Below are positions 49,459-61,189 of a DNA stretch of 64,000 bases, piece after piece. This DNA is from Rhizobium sp. F40D2 (lineage in GTDB: Bacteria; Pseudomonadota; Alphaproteobacteria; Rhizobiales; Rhizobiaceae). Under the pieces are notes generated by a model that saw only the letters and a program-made list of their open reading frames with translations, was not told the origin of the DNA and did no database searches. The stretch's first letter is position 1, and the number at the start of each line of letters is the position of its first letter. A program made the translations under genes and the position numbers. The stretch is taken from assembly GCF_051810745.1 (NCBI RefSeq), contig NZ_JBPWQX010000004.1. One strand, given 5' to 3'.

Positions 49459-51219
49459 TTACAAATCGATCACGACGTCACCCTGAGGCTTTGAGCAGCA
49501 GATCAGCACGTTCCCATCCGCCGGCGCATCGACCGGGTCTGGCCGGTAGCCGACGCTCCCTGCGACAAGCCCGGTCTCGCAGGTGTGACAGACGCCGGTT
49601 CGGCACGACCATCGCACCGGCACATCACAGGCCTCCGCCAGTTCGAGCAGGTTCTGGAATGTCGACTCCCAGCGCACATTGAGACCGGTGCGCGCAAATG
49701 ACACCATCGGCCCGGAGCCTGGACACCCTGCCGGTAAGTGTGGCGGACGAGGCGGCGAAGCAGACATTCCTGGGGTTATCGACGGACCGGCGCCGAACAT
49801 CTCGCTGTAGATGCGATTGGGGGCGATGCCCAGGGCAGTCAGCCCGTCGGTCAGATCGCTCATGAATGTCGAGGGTCCGCAGATATAGACATCACAATCG
49901 CGCGGTAGCTCGAGCGCTTGCAGCGCCGGTACATCCAGACGGCCAGAAGCGTCGAAATCCCGCTCGAGACGATCCGCGGGATCGGGCGAGCTGTAGCGAA
50001 TGTGGCTGCGATGGTGAGCAAGCCTCCCGAGCAGCCCGCGCGCCTCCTCGGCAAACGGATGTTCGCGGCCGTTGCGGGTCGCGTATAACCACCAGACTTG
50101 CCGGGTCGACGCTTCGGCCGCCAGAGCAAGAAGCATCGCCAGCACCGGCGTTACGCCGATACCCGCACTCAAGAGAACAACCGGCGAGGCGCCCGGCCGC
50201 AACGTGAAGCCGCCGCGTGCGGCACTTGCCTGCACGATGTCTCCAACCTGCAATTCATCGTCGATGTAACCGCTGGCAAGGCCGTGGGCCTCCCGTTTGA
50301 CACTGACACGATAGTGACTGGCGCTGGGTTCGCCTGACAGCGAATAGCTACGCATCATCGCTGGCGCAGAAGCTGGTTCGAGCCGCAACACCACGAACTG
50401 CCCGGGCAGTGCCGCGGCAACGGGTTGGCCATCCGTCGGCTCGAGCAGGAGCGAGGTCACATTGCCGCTTTCCCGCACCTTGCGCGACACACGCATAGGG
50501 CGGAAACCGCGCCATGCGGGCGGTGGGCCAGACGCGGCGGCAAGCCCGGCATTTCCCGTCGCCTCGCCCTCCTCCCGTTTCTGCTTGAGCAGCGCCTCGA
50601 ATGAACCACGCCAGCCGGCGCTCAGCGCCGGGATGCGCAGCGCGCGCTCCAATTGGTCACGAGGGTGGCCGGGCATGTAAAGCAGCGCGTTGATCGTAAA
50701 GATACTCATGCCCTCCGGGCCGGCCGCAACCTTCGTAATCTCGTCGCCCGCCCGCACCTCCCCTTCCTCCAGCACACGCAAGTAGAAACCGGGACGACCG
50801 TGTTTGACCAGCAACGCGGCCATCTCCGGCTCGTCCATGCGTATGCCAAGCCGGTAACAGCTGACGCGCGGCTGCGTCACCTCGAACAACGCGGCGCCGA
50901 TCCGATAACGGTCTCCAATGCAGACTTCTGTGTCCGGCAAACCATCGATGGTAAAATTCTCTCCGAACTGCCCATGGACAAAGTCGTCTCGGCGCAACTG
51001 CTCCTGCCAGTACCGGTAGGAATCGATCTGATAGACAAAGACCGCGCGGCCTTCGCCGCCATGGCCGGCGAGGTCCGCTTGTCCATCGCCGTCCACGTTC
51101 AGTCGCCGCACCATGCGCGGGCCGCCGACCGGCGTTTTCCAAATGGCGGTGTTGACGATCTTGCCTTGCCAGGTGATGTCGCGCGGCAGGCCCACATTGA
51201 CCGAGAGCAAGCGTACCAT
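49459..51219 (-). CDS. MOSC-domain protein fused to ferredoxin-NADP reductase-like FAD/NAD-binding and 2Fe-2S ferredoxin domains
   Basis: MOSC N-terminal beta-barrel (MVRLLSVNVGLP...), an FNR-like region (RSYSLS, GIGVTP), and a C-terminal CxxxxCxxC...C. ATG at 51219. Confidence 0.7.
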   Translation of the reverse strand: MVRLLSVNVGLPRDITWQGKIVNTAIWKTPVGGPRMVRRLNVDGDGQADLAGHGGEGRAVFVYQIDSYRYWQEQLRRDDFVHGQFGENFTIDGLPDTEVCIGDRYRIGAALFEVTQPRVSCYRLGIRMDEPEMAALLVKHGRPGFYLRVLEEGEVRAGDEITKVAAGPEGMSIFTINALLYMPGHPRDQLERALRIPALSAGWRGSFEALLKQKREEGEATGNAGLAAASGPPPAWRGFRPMRVSRKVRESGNVTSLLLEPTDGQPVAAALPGQFVVLRLEPASAPAMMRSYSLSGEPSASHYRVSVKREAHGLASGYIDDELQVGDIVQASAARGGFTLRPGASPVVLLSAGIGVTPVLAMLLALAAEASTRQVWWLYATRNGREHPFAEEARGLLGRLAHHRSHIRYSSPDPADRLERDFDASGRLDVPALQALELPRDCDVYICGPSTFMSDLTDGLTALGIAPNRIYSEMFGAGPSITPGMSASPPRPPHLPAGCPGSGPMVSFARTGLNVRWESTFQNLLELAEACDVPVRWSCRTGVCHTCETGLVAGSVGYRPDPVDAPADGNVLICCSKPQGDVVIDL

Positions 51220-51579
51220 GACATTTCTCCCGAATGATGAGGTCGTCAGAGGATGGCTGAGGAACGGGCGCGGCTCTCCACGAGGCTGCTTCAGTGACCT
51301 CCCCCCAGTCGCCCGCAATCACAGGCTCGCCGATGATACCACCGAAGGGCTTTTCGATCGATCAGATGGTGGTGTCGGCGACGAGGTCCCTTGCAGTCCG
51401 TGGGCGGGGCGCAGGGCGGCGTGACGGTGTTCTCCTAGGCCGACGGCCCGCAATAGCCAAACGCCAGGGTCAAGCCGCAGGCAATCCCGATATGAGCTGA
51501 AATCACAGGGTTGTCGCAAAACCGCCTTGGACGGCGGGGAACGTCTCCCCGCCCGCAGCATCGTTCGGCCACGGCCTTC

Positions 51580-52467
51580 TCAGGCGAGGTATTTCGTAAA
51601 CCAGTCGACCGTGCGCTGCCAGGCGAGCTTGGCGGCCGCTTCGTCGTAGCGCGGGGTGGTGTCATTGTGGAAGCCGTGATTGACGTCGGGGTAGACATAG
51701 GCTTCGTAGGTTTTTTGAGAGGATTTCAGCGCGGCTTCATAGGCCGGCCAGCCTTCGTTGATGCCCTTGTCCAATCCGGCATAATGGAGAAGCAGGGGCG
51801 CCTTAATCTTCGGCACGTCCTCGGCGCGCGGCTGCCTGCCGTAGAAAGGCACGGCGGCGGCAAGTTCCGGATAGGCGACCGCCGCGGCATTGGCGACGCC
51901 GCCGCCATAGCAGAAGCCGGTGATGCCAACCTTGCCGGTGGTGAGGTCGCTCTTCATCAGAAACTCCACGGCCGCGAAGAAGTCGTTCATCAGCTTTTCC
52001 GGGTCGACCTTCTGCTGCAGCTCCCGTCCCTTTTCGTCGTTGCCGGGATAACCGCCGACCGACGTCAGTCCATCCGGCGCCAATGCGATGAAACCGGCCT
52101 TTGCGACGCGCCGCGCCACATCCTCGATATAGGGGTTGAGGCCTCTGTTCTCGTGCACGACCACCACGGCCGCGACTTTGCCGGCGGCTTTTGCCGGGCG
52201 AACGAGATAGGCGCGGACGTTTCCATTTCCTTTCGGCGAGGGATAGGTGATGTATTCAGCTGATATGTCGGGATCGGTGAACTCGACCTGGGTCGCCAGC
52301 GCATAGTCGGGGCTCAGCGATGAGAGAATGGCGGCTGCCGTCAGCCCTCCGACCGCGAATTTGCCGGCCCGGTCGAGAAACTCGCGCTTGGTGATTTTCC
52401 CGTGCGCATAATAATCATAGAGTTCGAGAAGTTCCTGCGGGAAATCCTTGGCTGTCATGCGGGTCAT
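51580..52467 (-). CDS. dienelactone hydrolase family protein with Tat-like signal
   Basis: ATG at 52467 after GGAGGAG. The GFCYGG nucleophile elbow is present. The track ORF extends upstream to 52638. Confidence 0.7.
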   Translation of the reverse strand: MTRMTAKDFPQELLELYDYYAHGKITKREFLDRAGKFAVGGLTAAAILSSLSPDYALATQVEFTDPDISAEYITYPSPKGNGNVRAYLVRPAKAAGKVAAVVVVHENRGLNPYIEDVARRVAKAGFIALAPDGLTSVGGYPGNDEKGRELQQKVDPEKLMNDFFAAVEFLMKSDLTTGKVGITGFCYGGGVANAAAVAYPELAAAVPFYGRQPRAEDVPKIKAPLLLHYAGLDKGINEGWPAYEAALKSSQKTYEAYVYPDVNHGFHNDTTPRYDEAAAKLAWQRTVDWFTKYLA

Positions 52468-52797
52468 GATGGCTCCTCCTTGCCTTCGGGTTTCGCACCA
52501 TCCTACACACGCAAACTCACGTGTCTTTTCAACATTTCGCGAGTCCCGCGTGTGCTTGCCGGGGCGATGACCACCCGCGGTGACGGAGGCTGAATTCGCC
52601 GCCTCTGCTTCAACAGGTGCGCGCTTCTCAATTTGCAATCCGCGTCCTGCCGGCCGCAGCCGCCAATCGACAGCCGTCTACCGATCTATGAAAATAAATT
52701 TCATCCTCGTGCTGTGAGGCCCGTTTTCTATTGACGCCTCTCGTTTTTTGTCCCAACTTAAAGAAAATAAATTACTTAAACTGGGAACTTGATCGGC

Positions 52798-53955
52798 ATG
52801 AAAGTGGGAATCATCGGGCTGGGATTCCGGCTCGGCTATCTCGGCTACGTCTTCAAAGCAATCGACAGCAGCTTCGACATTGTCGGCTATGTGGATCCGG
52901 AACCTGCCGGACTTCCAGGGTTGACGGAAAAGGGAATTTCGGTCGGCAAGGCCTATGGGTCGCCGGAAGAGCTGCTGGCTTCCGAAAAGCTCGATCTGTT
53001 GATGATCGGCTCCCCCAATCACCTGCATCTCGATCATATCAGGCTCGGCCTGCAAGCCGGCCTCAAGGTTTTCTGCGAAAAGCCGATCGTCACGACGATC
53101 GCTGAAAGCATCGAGCTTGCCCATCTGATGGCGAAGTTCGGTCATGAGCGGCTGATGGTTGGTTTGGTGCTGCGTTATTCCCCGCTTTACAAGGATCTGC
53201 GCGCCATCCAGGCCGAGGGCAAACTCGGCCAGATCGTCTCGATCGAGGCTTCCGAGCACATCGAGCCCTATCACGGCGCCTTCTTCATGCGCGACTGGCG
53301 TCGCTACGAGCGCTATTCCGGCAGCTTCATGCTGGAGAAATGCTGCCACGACCTCGACCTTTATAATGGTGTCGTCGGCGCAAGGCCGGAGCGCGTGGCA
53401 AGTTTCGGCGGCCGCAAGAGCTTCATTCCGGCCAACGACCCGGCGCGCGAGGGCATCAACGACCTCGAGCTTTTCCACCGCAAGCCGAGCGGCTGGATGG
53501 GATCGGACAAGGTCTTCGATAGCGATGCCGACATTATCGATTACCAGGTGGCGATCGTCGAATATGAAAATGGCGTGGGCATGAACTTCCACACCAATCT
53601 GAACGTGCCCGACCAGTTCCGCCGTTTCGCCATCATGGGCTCGCGCGGCATGGCCGAAGGCGATTTCGTGCGCGGCTATCTCGATGTGCATGAGCAACTG
53701 ACCGGCAAGAAGGTGATCGAAAACAAATATGCCGCCACCGAGCTCTCCCAGCATTACGGCGCCGACGAACAGATGGCGAGCGACCTCTTGGAAAGCGTGT
53801 GCACCGGGCTCGAACTGCCCGTTTCCACGCTGAATGCGCTCGAAGCCGGCATCCTCGCCTTGGCGATGGATGAGGCGAGGATGAAGAAAACCGTCGTCGA
53901 CCTGCGTCCCGTCTGGGATCGCTTCGACGAGGCGCTCCACGCCAGAGCGGCTTGA
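52798..53955 (+). CDS. Gfo/Idh/MocA-family NAD(P)-dependent oxidoreductase
   Basis: MKVGIIGLGFRLGY Rossmann N-terminus. It is preceded by an AT-rich promoter region at 52680-52790. Confidence 0.75.
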   Translation: MKVGIIGLGFRLGYLGYVFKAIDSSFDIVGYVDPEPAGLPGLTEKGISVGKAYGSPEELLASEKLDLLMIGSPNHLHLDHIRLGLQAGLKVFCEKPIVTTIAESIELAHLMAKFGHERLMVGLVLRYSPLYKDLRAIQAEGKLGQIVSIEASEHIEPYHGAFFMRDWRRYERYSGSFMLEKCCHDLDLYNGVVGARPERVASFGGRKSFIPANDPAREGINDLELFHRKPSGWMGSDKVFDSDADIIDYQVAIVEYENGVGMNFHTNLNVPDQFRRFAIMGSRGMAEGDFVRGYLDVHEQLTGKKVIENKYAATELSQHYGADEQMASDLLESVCTGLELPVSTLNALEAGILALAMDEARMKKTVVDLRPVWDRFDEALHARAA

Positions 53956-53968
53956 GGAAGGCGGCAAG

Positions 53969-54853
53969 ATGAGTGTCCAAAGAAGCGCCTTCATCTTCGC
54001 CTGGCTCCTTCTCCTCCCGGCCGTCCTCTATGTTCTCGCCATCGTCGCCTATCCCCTCGTCGATACCTTCATACTCTCCTTCACCGATGCGTCCCTCAGG
54101 AAGACCACCAATTGGGTCGGCTGGGTCAATTACCAGAAAATCTTCAACGCCACCTTTGCGGAGGTCATCTTCCGCACCTTCGTCTGGACGTTCTTCTCGG
54201 TCGCGCTGAAAATGGTGATCGGCACATTCGGCGCGACGATGCTGAATGCCGCCGTGCCGGGCCGCTCGCTGTTCCGGCTCTTGACCATGCCGCCGTGGAT
54301 CGTGCCGATGGCGATCGGCATCTTCATGTGGGGCTGGATGTATAATGGCCAGTTCGGGATGATATCCGGCGTTTTGCAGCGCCTCGGTCTGGTCGACGGC
54401 CCCGTCGCCTTTCTCGCCTATGGCAACACCGCCTTCTGGGCGACGATCATCACCGACGTGTGGATCGGCGTGCCGCTGGTGACGATCTACTTCCTGGCGG
54501 CGATCCAATCCATTCCGAAGGATCTCTACGAGGCCGCCTGGACAGACGGTGCCGGCCGCTGGTACCGCTTTCGCCGCATCACCCTGCCGCTGATGGTGCC
54601 CGCCATCATCACCATGTCGATGCTGTCGCTGATCGCCACGTTCAACTCGTTCGACATCATCTGGATCCTGACGCAGGGCGGACCGAGCGGTGAGACGACG
54701 ACGATGATCATCGATACCTATCAGACCGCCATCGGCTCGAAGAAATACGGTGAAGGGGCCGCACGCGCCGTGCTGATCTGCATCTTCCTGTCGCTCTTCT
54801 GCTTTGCCTATTTCCGCGTCACCCGCCGCCTCAACCCGGAGAAGCGCGCATGA
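53969..54853 (+). CDS. carbohydrate ABC transporter permease (MalF-like)
   Basis: 294 aa. GAGGAAGG precedes the start. Confidence 0.75.
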   Translation: MSVQRSAFIFAWLLLLPAVLYVLAIVAYPLVDTFILSFTDASLRKTTNWVGWVNYQKIFNATFAEVIFRTFVWTFFSVALKMVIGTFGATMLNAAVPGRSLFRLLTMPPWIVPMAIGIFMWGWMYNGQFGMISGVLQRLGLVDGPVAFLAYGNTAFWATIITDVWIGVPLVTIYFLAAIQSIPKDLYEAAWTDGAGRWYRFRRITLPLMVPAIITMSMLSLIATFNSFDIIWILTQGGPSGETTTMIIDTYQTAIGSKKYGEGAARAVLICIFLSLFCFAYFRVTRRLNPEKRA

Positions 54854-55707
54854 GCAGTGCTGCCTTGATCGACCGTTACCGCTGGTGGGAAATCATCCTG
54901 ATCTATTGCGGCATCGCGCTGTTTCTGTTTTTCGTGCTGGCGCCTTTCTTCGAAGGTTTCATGGTTTCGCTCAAACCCCTCAGCCAGCTCTTCTCCTCCC
55001 CCTACCGCTTCTGGCCGGAGAATGGTTCCTTCGAAGCCTACCGGACGATGTGGGTCAGCGTGCCGGGTTTCGGGCGCTATATCTTCAACTCGTTCTTCAT
55101 CTCGATCATCGTCACGCTGATCGTGCTCTGCCTCGTCATTCCGGCGGCCTACGCCTTCGCCAAGTTCGAATTCAAGGGCATGGGGATTCTGCTCGGCGCC
55201 TTCCTGACGGTGAACATGTTCTCCGGCGCCGTGCTTCTGATCCCGCTCTTCCGGCTGATGCGCAGCATGGGCGTGCTCAACACCTATCTCGCGATGATCG
55301 TGCCCGGCGTCGCCTTCCTCATCCCCTCGGCGATCTGGCTGCTGCGCACCTATATGATCCGTATCCCGCAGGAGCTCAACGAGGCTGCCTATATGGATGG
55401 CGCCAGCCATTTCTACACGCTTCGCCGCGTCATCCTGCCGATTGCGATGCCTGGGATCATCGTCGTCGCCATCACAACATTCATCGGCGCTTACGCCCAG
55501 CAATTCATCTTCGCGCTGACCTTCAACTCGAAGACAGAATACATGCCCCTGCCGGTGGGTCTCTTTGCCTACTTCGGTAAGCAGGAGGTCATCTGGAACG
55601 AACTGATGGCGGCATCCTTCGTCGGCATCGCGCCGGCGATGGTCGTCATCTTCTTCCTTCAGCGCTACCTTGTCGGCGGGCTGACCGCCGGTGCGGTGAA
55701 ACAATAA
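54850..55707 (+). CDS. carbohydrate ABC transporter permease (MalG-like)
   Basis: 285 aa. ATGA overlap with the upstream gene. Confidence 0.75.
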   Translation: MSSAALIDRYRWWEIILIYCGIALFLFFVLAPFFEGFMVSLKPLSQLFSSPYRFWPENGSFEAYRTMWVSVPGFGRYIFNSFFISIIVTLIVLCLVIPAAYAFAKFEFKGMGILLGAFLTVNMFSGAVLLIPLFRLMRSMGVLNTYLAMIVPGVAFLIPSAIWLLRTYMIRIPQELNEAAYMDGASHFYTLRRVILPIAMPGIIVVAITTFIGAYAQQFIFALTFNSKTEYMPLPVGLFAYFGKQEVIWNELMAASFVGIAPAMVVIFFLQRYLVGGLTAGAVKQ

Positions 55708-55752
55708 GACCAAAAAACGAGTGAACAGCTAACCAAGAACGGGAGTCACGAC

Positions 55753-56985
55753 GTGAGTATAACAATCAAGACAGGCCTTATGGCGCTCGCCTTGCTCGGT
55801 TCGACCGCACTGACCGCGGTCACTGCCCATGCAGCCGACAAGGAAATCAGCTGGATCTATTGCGGCGACACGATCGACCCGGTCCACACCAAATACATCA
55901 AGCAGTGGGAAGAAAAAAACGCAGGCTGGAAGATCGCGCCTGAAGTCGTCGGCTGGGCGCAGTGCCAGGACAAGGCAACGACACTTGCCGCCGCCGGCAC
56001 GCCGGTTGCCATGGCTTATGTCGGTTCGCGCACGCTGAAGGAATTCGCGCAGAACGATCTTATTGTCCCGGTGCCGATGACCGATGACGAGAAAAAGTCC
56101 TATTACCCCCACATCGTCGATACGGTAACCTTCGAGGGCAACCAGTGGGGCGTTCCGATCGCCTTCTCCACCAAGGCGCTTTACTGGAACAAGGATCTCT
56201 TCAAGCAGGCGGGCCTTGATCCCGAGAAGCCGCCGAAGACCTGGGCCGAAGAAATCGAGATGGCAAAGACCATAAAGGAAAAGACCGGCATTCCGGGCTT
56301 CGGTCTCTCCGCCAAGACCTTCGACAACACCATGCACCAGTTCATGCATTGGGTTTACACCAACAACGGTGCGGTGACCGATGCCGAAGGCAAGGTCACG
56401 CTCGACAGCCCGGAAATCCTCGCAGCGCTGAAGGCCTATAAGGACATCGTCCCCTACTCCGAAGAAGGCCCGACGGCCTATGAGCAGAACGAAGTCCGCG
56501 CCATCTTCCTCGACGGCAAGGTGGCGATGATCCAGGCAGGTTCGGGTGCAGCCGACCGCCTGAAGAAGACGCAGATCAGCTGGGGCATTACGACGCTGCC
56601 GCTCGGTCCGAACGCCAAGGGCCCCGGCACGCTGCTGATCACCGACAGCCTGGCGATCTTCAAGGGTTCGGGAGTCGAGGACAAGGCGACGGAGTTCGCC
56701 AAGTTCATCACCTCTCCGGATGTCCAGTCGGAATACGAGCTGCAGGGCGGCGCCGGCCTCACCCCGCTGCGTCCTTCGGCAAAGGTCGACGAGTTCGTCG
56801 CCAAGGATCCCTATTGGAAGCCGTTGATCGACGGCATCAGCTATGGTGGTCCGGAGCCGCTGTTCACCGACTATAAGGGCTTCCAGAACTCGATGATCGA
56901 AATGATCCAGTCGGTCGTGACTGGAAAGGCCGAGCCGGAAGCCGCACTCAAGAAGGCAGCCGGCGAAATCGAAGCCTTCAAGTAA
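55753..56985 (+). CDS. carbohydrate ABC transporter substrate-binding protein (family 1)
   Basis: GTG start with signal peptide [27 protein letters not shown]. Confidence 0.75.
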   Translation: MSITIKTGLMALALLGSTALTAVTAHAADKEISWIYCGDTIDPVHTKYIKQWEEKNAGWKIAPEVVGWAQCQDKATTLAAAGTPVAMAYVGSRTLKEFAQNDLIVPVPMTDDEKKSYYPHIVDTVTFEGNQWGVPIAFSTKALYWNKDLFKQAGLDPEKPPKTWAEEIEMAKTIKEKTGIPGFGLSAKTFDNTMHQFMHWVYTNNGAVTDAEGKVTLDSPEILAALKAYKDIVPYSEEGPTAYEQNEVRAIFLDGKVAMIQAGSGAADRLKKTQISWGITTLPLGPNAKGPGTLLITDSLAIFKGSGVEDKATEFAKFITSPDVQSEYELQGGAGLTPLRPSAKVDEFVAKDPYWKPLIDGISYGGPEPLFTDYKGFQNSMIEMIQSVVTGKAEPEAALKKAAGEIEAFK

Positions 56986-57077
56986 TCCCTCCTGAGGCTC
57001 CCTGGGGTCGCGGCAAAAACCGCGGCCCCTCCCCGTATATCGAATGTGCGACGAAGGCCGCCGGCGGAGACAGATTT

Positions 57078-58211
57078 TTGGGACAGCTCGTTCTTAACAA
57101 AGTTCAGAAATTCTATGGCGACTACGAGGTTCTGAAGGGCGTGCAGCTCGACGTGAAGAACGGCGAGTTCGTCGTTTTCGTCGGGCCGTCCGGCTGCGGC
57201 AAATCCACCCTGCTGCGGATGATCGCCGGTCTCGACGCGACGACGGCTGGCGATATTGTCATCGACGGCATCAGGGTCAACGACCTGCCGCCGGTCAAGC
57301 GCGGCATCGCCATGGTGTTCCAGTCCTACGCGCTCTACCCGCACATGACGGTTTTCGAAAACATCGCCTTCCCGCTTCGCGTCGAGAAGATGGAAGAGGC
57401 AAAGCTCAAGGCCAGGGTTGAGAATGCGGCGCGCATCCTGCACCTGGAACAGCGACTGCAGCAGAAACCCGGCATGCTTTCCGGCGGTCAGCGCCAGCGC
57501 GTCGCGATCGGCCGCGCCATCGTGCGCGAACCGAAGATCTTCCTGTTCGACGAGCCGCTCTCCAACCTCGACGCGGCGCTGCGCGCCGATATGCGCATCG
57601 AGCTTGCCAAGCTGCACCGGCAGTTGAAGGCGACGATGATCTATGTGACGCACGACCAGGTCGAGGCCATGACTATGGCCGACCGCATCGTCGTGCTCGA
57701 CGCCGGCGACATCTCCCAGACAGGCGCGCCGCTGGAGCTTTATCACAAGCCCGCCAATCAGTTCGTCGCCGGCTTTATCGGCAATCCGAAAATGAATTTT
57801 CTCCCCGTGACCTGCACGGGCGTCAGCGCCGGCGGCGTCGAGGTGGATTATCTCGGCCAGACGGCCGTTCTGCCGGTAACACCGCGTGACGGCATGGCCG
57901 GCAAGACGCTGACACTCGGCATCCGCCCGGAGCATATCCAACTGAACGGCGGTGATATCGTCTTTACCGTGACGCCGACCGTGATCGAGCGCCTCGGCGC
58001 CAATACGGTCGCTTACGCCTCGCTCAATGGCGAGGGCGAGAACTTCTGCGCCATGCTCCCCGGCAGCGTCGGCATCCGCGCCGATGCGCCTGTATCAACC
58101 GGCATCAATGCCGCCGACTGCCATCTCTTTGACGAGGCGGGCATTGCGTTTGAGCGGCGGGTGGAACTGACGGAAATCGATATGAACGTGATCAACCCGA
58201 CGGCGGCTTGA
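57078..58211 (+). CDS. UgpC/MalK-like ABC ATP-binding protein with C-terminal TOBE domain
   Basis: TTG start. Walker [24 protein letters not shown]. Confidence 0.8.
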   Translation: MGQLVLNKVQKFYGDYEVLKGVQLDVKNGEFVVFVGPSGCGKSTLLRMIAGLDATTAGDIVIDGIRVNDLPPVKRGIAMVFQSYALYPHMTVFENIAFPLRVEKMEEAKLKARVENAARILHLEQRLQQKPGMLSGGQRQRVAIGRAIVREPKIFLFDEPLSNLDAALRADMRIELAKLHRQLKATMIYVTHDQVEAMTMADRIVVLDAGDISQTGAPLELYHKPANQFVAGFIGNPKMNFLPVTCTGVSAGGVEVDYLGQTAVLPVTPRDGMAGKTLTLGIRPEHIQLNGGDIVFTVTPTVIERLGANTVAYASLNGEGENFCAMLPGSVGIRADAPVSTGINAADCHLFDEAGIAFERRVELTEIDMNVINPTAA

Positions 58212-58371
58212 AGCGACTGGGCTCTTGGCCAATCTCCCGCGGACGGCAGTATCCAGCCGCAGGTTCCGACGCATAAATTGTATTTATTGGCAACTCCCCT
58301 GCGGCGAAAGGCGGCCACCCGTAGAATCGCCACGGGTTGCGTAAGATCCGGCCGACCAGCCCGGGGCCGCT

Positions 58372-60128
58372 ATGTCTACCAAGCTCGTGAAGGATGAACT
58401 CCTGCGCTTCCTCACCTCTACGAATGAGGAGGTGCTTTGCATCAGAGGGAAGTGGGGAACGGGCAAGACATGGACGTGGCGGGATATGCTCACCTCAAAT
58501 CGGAGCAAGATCGCGCTAAAAAAGTACGCCTATGTCTCGCTGTTCGGCCTGAATTCGCTCGCGCAGGTGCGCAGCCAAGTCTTTCAGAACACCATTGACA
58601 CGAACCAGATCGGCAAGGATTTCAGCCTTGAGGATATGGAGGCCTCGGTCAAAGCGAGCTGGGGTTGGGCAAAGAGGGGGCTGGCGCTCGTCCACAGACT
58701 AGGTGCCGGCAGTGATGACATGGAGTCCGCCCTATCCCTTCTGGCGCTCTCGGCCCGCAACCAAATCATTTGCATCGATGACCTTGAGCGGAAGGGGAAG
58801 GATTTGGACGCCGCCGACGTCCTTGGCTATGCCTCGCAATTGAAGGACGAGCGCAAATGCAAGGTCGTGTTCCTGCTCAACGAGGAGGGATTGGATAAGA
58901 AGAACCGAGACGCCTACGATGCCTATCTTGAGAAGGTCGTAGACGTCAGCCTGCTTTTTGCGCCGACACCGCTGGAGTCCGTGGGTATTGCGCTAAAGGG
59001 AGCGGACGAGGCCAGCGAGCTCACCCGCAAATATTGCCTGATGCTGGGTCTCGAAAACGTCCGGTCATTACGAAGATTCACAAGGCAGTCACGCAGCTTG
59101 ACGCGCTGCTGAAGGAATTTCCAAAGGGTGTGTTTGAGAATGTCGTCGCGTCCACCGTCCTATTTGGCTGGACCCAGCACCAGCCGGACATCGCGCCAAC
59201 GATGGACTTCCTCCACACTTACGGCCGCCTCATCTTCGGCGCCAAGGAGGATGACCTTACCGAGCAGCAGGCAGCTTGGATGCTTGAGGAATACCCGTTC
59301 AACGGCATCGACGCGTTCGACCTGGAGATCGTGAAAGGACTGGCGAGCGGTTACTTCTCCCCGGATACCGTCGCTGCCCATGCGGACGAGCTGAATAAGC
59401 GTATTGAGGCACAAGATGCAATGAACAGATGGCAGGCGGCTTGGGAGACGTGGCGGTATTCATTCACCTCGCCGGCAAGCACGGTCACGCGGACGATAGC
59501 CGACGCCTTTATCAAGGACACGGCCTACCATACGAACGACCATCTCAACACGCTCTATGACCTGTGCATCAGCATGGGTGAGCCCGCGACGGCGAATCAG
59601 GTGCTCGAACACTTCCTCGACTTCAATAAGAGCAACGTCGAGGCGTTCAATGTCGATAACAGCTTCTATCATGGCGCCGACTTCCATATCGATGTGAAAA
59701 CCGCGCTTGCCACCGCATACACTGCAGCCAAGCCAAAGCCGAGTTTCGAGGAATTGCTTATTAGTCTCAGCAATACCTACAACTCCAATACGCTTGAGGA
59801 GCTGGACAAGTACACGGATGCCGATTTCGAAGAGGTGTTTCTATCCTATGAGGGCGAGGAGCTGAAAAAGCGGATCGTAGGGGTCACGGATCTCCGACGC
59901 ATCAGCAACCCTAGCCCGGAAGTCACGTCAGTCGTGGGGAAGGTCAATGCAGCCCTGATCAGCATCGCGGCGACCTCGCCCATCAACAAGGAACGGGTCG
60001 AGAAAACGTGGCGTGTGAAACTGCCGCCTCCGCCTGCGCCTGTTGCTGCAGCCTCCGTCGCAGCGGCTCCCGACACTAAGGCGGCTAAGCCCCGAGCCCG
60101 ACCGCCACGGAAACCCAAGATCCCTTGA
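58372..60128 (+). pseudogene. KAP-family P-loop NTPase (~585 aa if joined), split by a 1-nt slip in an A4 run near 59060
   Basis: Walker A IRGKWGTGKTW (the G-x-W-G-x-G-K-T KAP signature) and Walker B IICIDDLER. Track ORFs 58372..59112 and 59034..60128 join as ...GLEKRPVITKIHKAV... if GAAAAC becomes GAAAAAC. The tail is Pro/Ala/Lys-rich. Local GC is 45-55%. Confidence 0.6.
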
Positions 60129-60302
60129 GGCACAGACGTCCGCCTCACCCGAAGCCAACCGTTTTGCCCCTGAGATGCCCCCCAGCCGTCTAGTCCATTC
60201 CCGCTTCCACTTTCCGACGTGATGCCTTGGACGGCGGGCATAAAGCTCGCGCCTTCTTGAACCCACTAAAGACCGAACAATCTTCTTTCCCGTCGAGACC
60301 GC

Positions 60303-61028
60303 ATGAACAAAGCTTTTGACCTAACCGCCGCCGCGGCGCATCTGTCCGACAACCCCAAGGCAGCAGACTTCATCAAAGCCGTCCGCAAGTTCCAGTCTGC
60401 CGTCTCGGTCACCAACGACTTGAAAGAGGCGCAAGTATCCGTCAACGCCCTTATTGCGATGAGAGGCGACGATTCCGCCCAAGACTACCTTATTCGCGCG
60501 CTGCTGATGCACGCGGTGGTCACCTATTGCCGAGCCTCTACGACGAAGGCCATTGAGCGTTATAACGTGGGGGTCACAGGTGCCTACTCCCCAGAACAAA
60601 AGGAGCAGCATGAGAGCATCGTATTTCTTCGTGACAGGGTGCTGGCCCACTTCGGGCCAGGCGATGGCTGGCATATTGAGAAGGTCATCTACACCGAGCA
60701 GGAACATGGCGACGCCATCACTGCTGTGCATAAGCGGGTGGCAAGTGACAGCGTCGTCGTGGATGTACTGAAGGAACTTCTGACAGCTGCGATCCCCTAT
60801 GTTGAGGCACGGCAGGCTGAGAGAGCCAAGGAGCTGGACACGGTTCTCCATTCCAATCAGCAGCTTTACAAGCTGATAGACCGGGTGCCGTTTGACCCAA
60901 TGGCGTTCTTCGGGGACACCGCCTGCGCCGGAGAAGACTTTTGGGGACCAGACGGGTTCTCTATTGATAGCACCATCCGGACAACGACGGCAGAGCGTCC
61001 AAAGTTGTGGTCAACCAAGCCTCGGTGA
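60303..61028 (+). CDS. hypothetical protein (241 aa), no recognisable domain; partner of the KAP NTPase in a lower-GC islet
   Basis: ATG ORF with GC ~58%, lying immediately downstream of the KAP gene. Confidence 0.45.
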   Translation: MNKAFDLTAAAAHLSDNPKAADFIKAVRKFQSAVSVTNDLKEAQVSVNALIAMRGDDSAQDYLIRALLMHAVVTYCRASTTKAIERYNVGVTGAYSPEQKEQHESIVFLRDRVLAHFGPGDGWHIEKVIYTEQEHGDAITAVHKRVASDSVVVDVLKELLTAAIPYVEARQAERAKELDTVLHSNQQLYKLIDRVPFDPMAFFGDTACAGEDFWGPDGFSIDSTIRTTTAERPKLWSTKPR

Positions 61029-61189
61029 GAGCGAGCTTCCGCGAGGCTGGTGATCCGCGTCTGGGGATAGCCGACGATCAGGTCGTAATCGCTGAAGCCT
61101 TGGAGATCCGAGGTCAGCGCCTTCGAGCCGGCGTCGACGACGGCGCTGTCGGCGGGTTTGGGGGCGAAATAACGGTGCAAGATGGCCGA

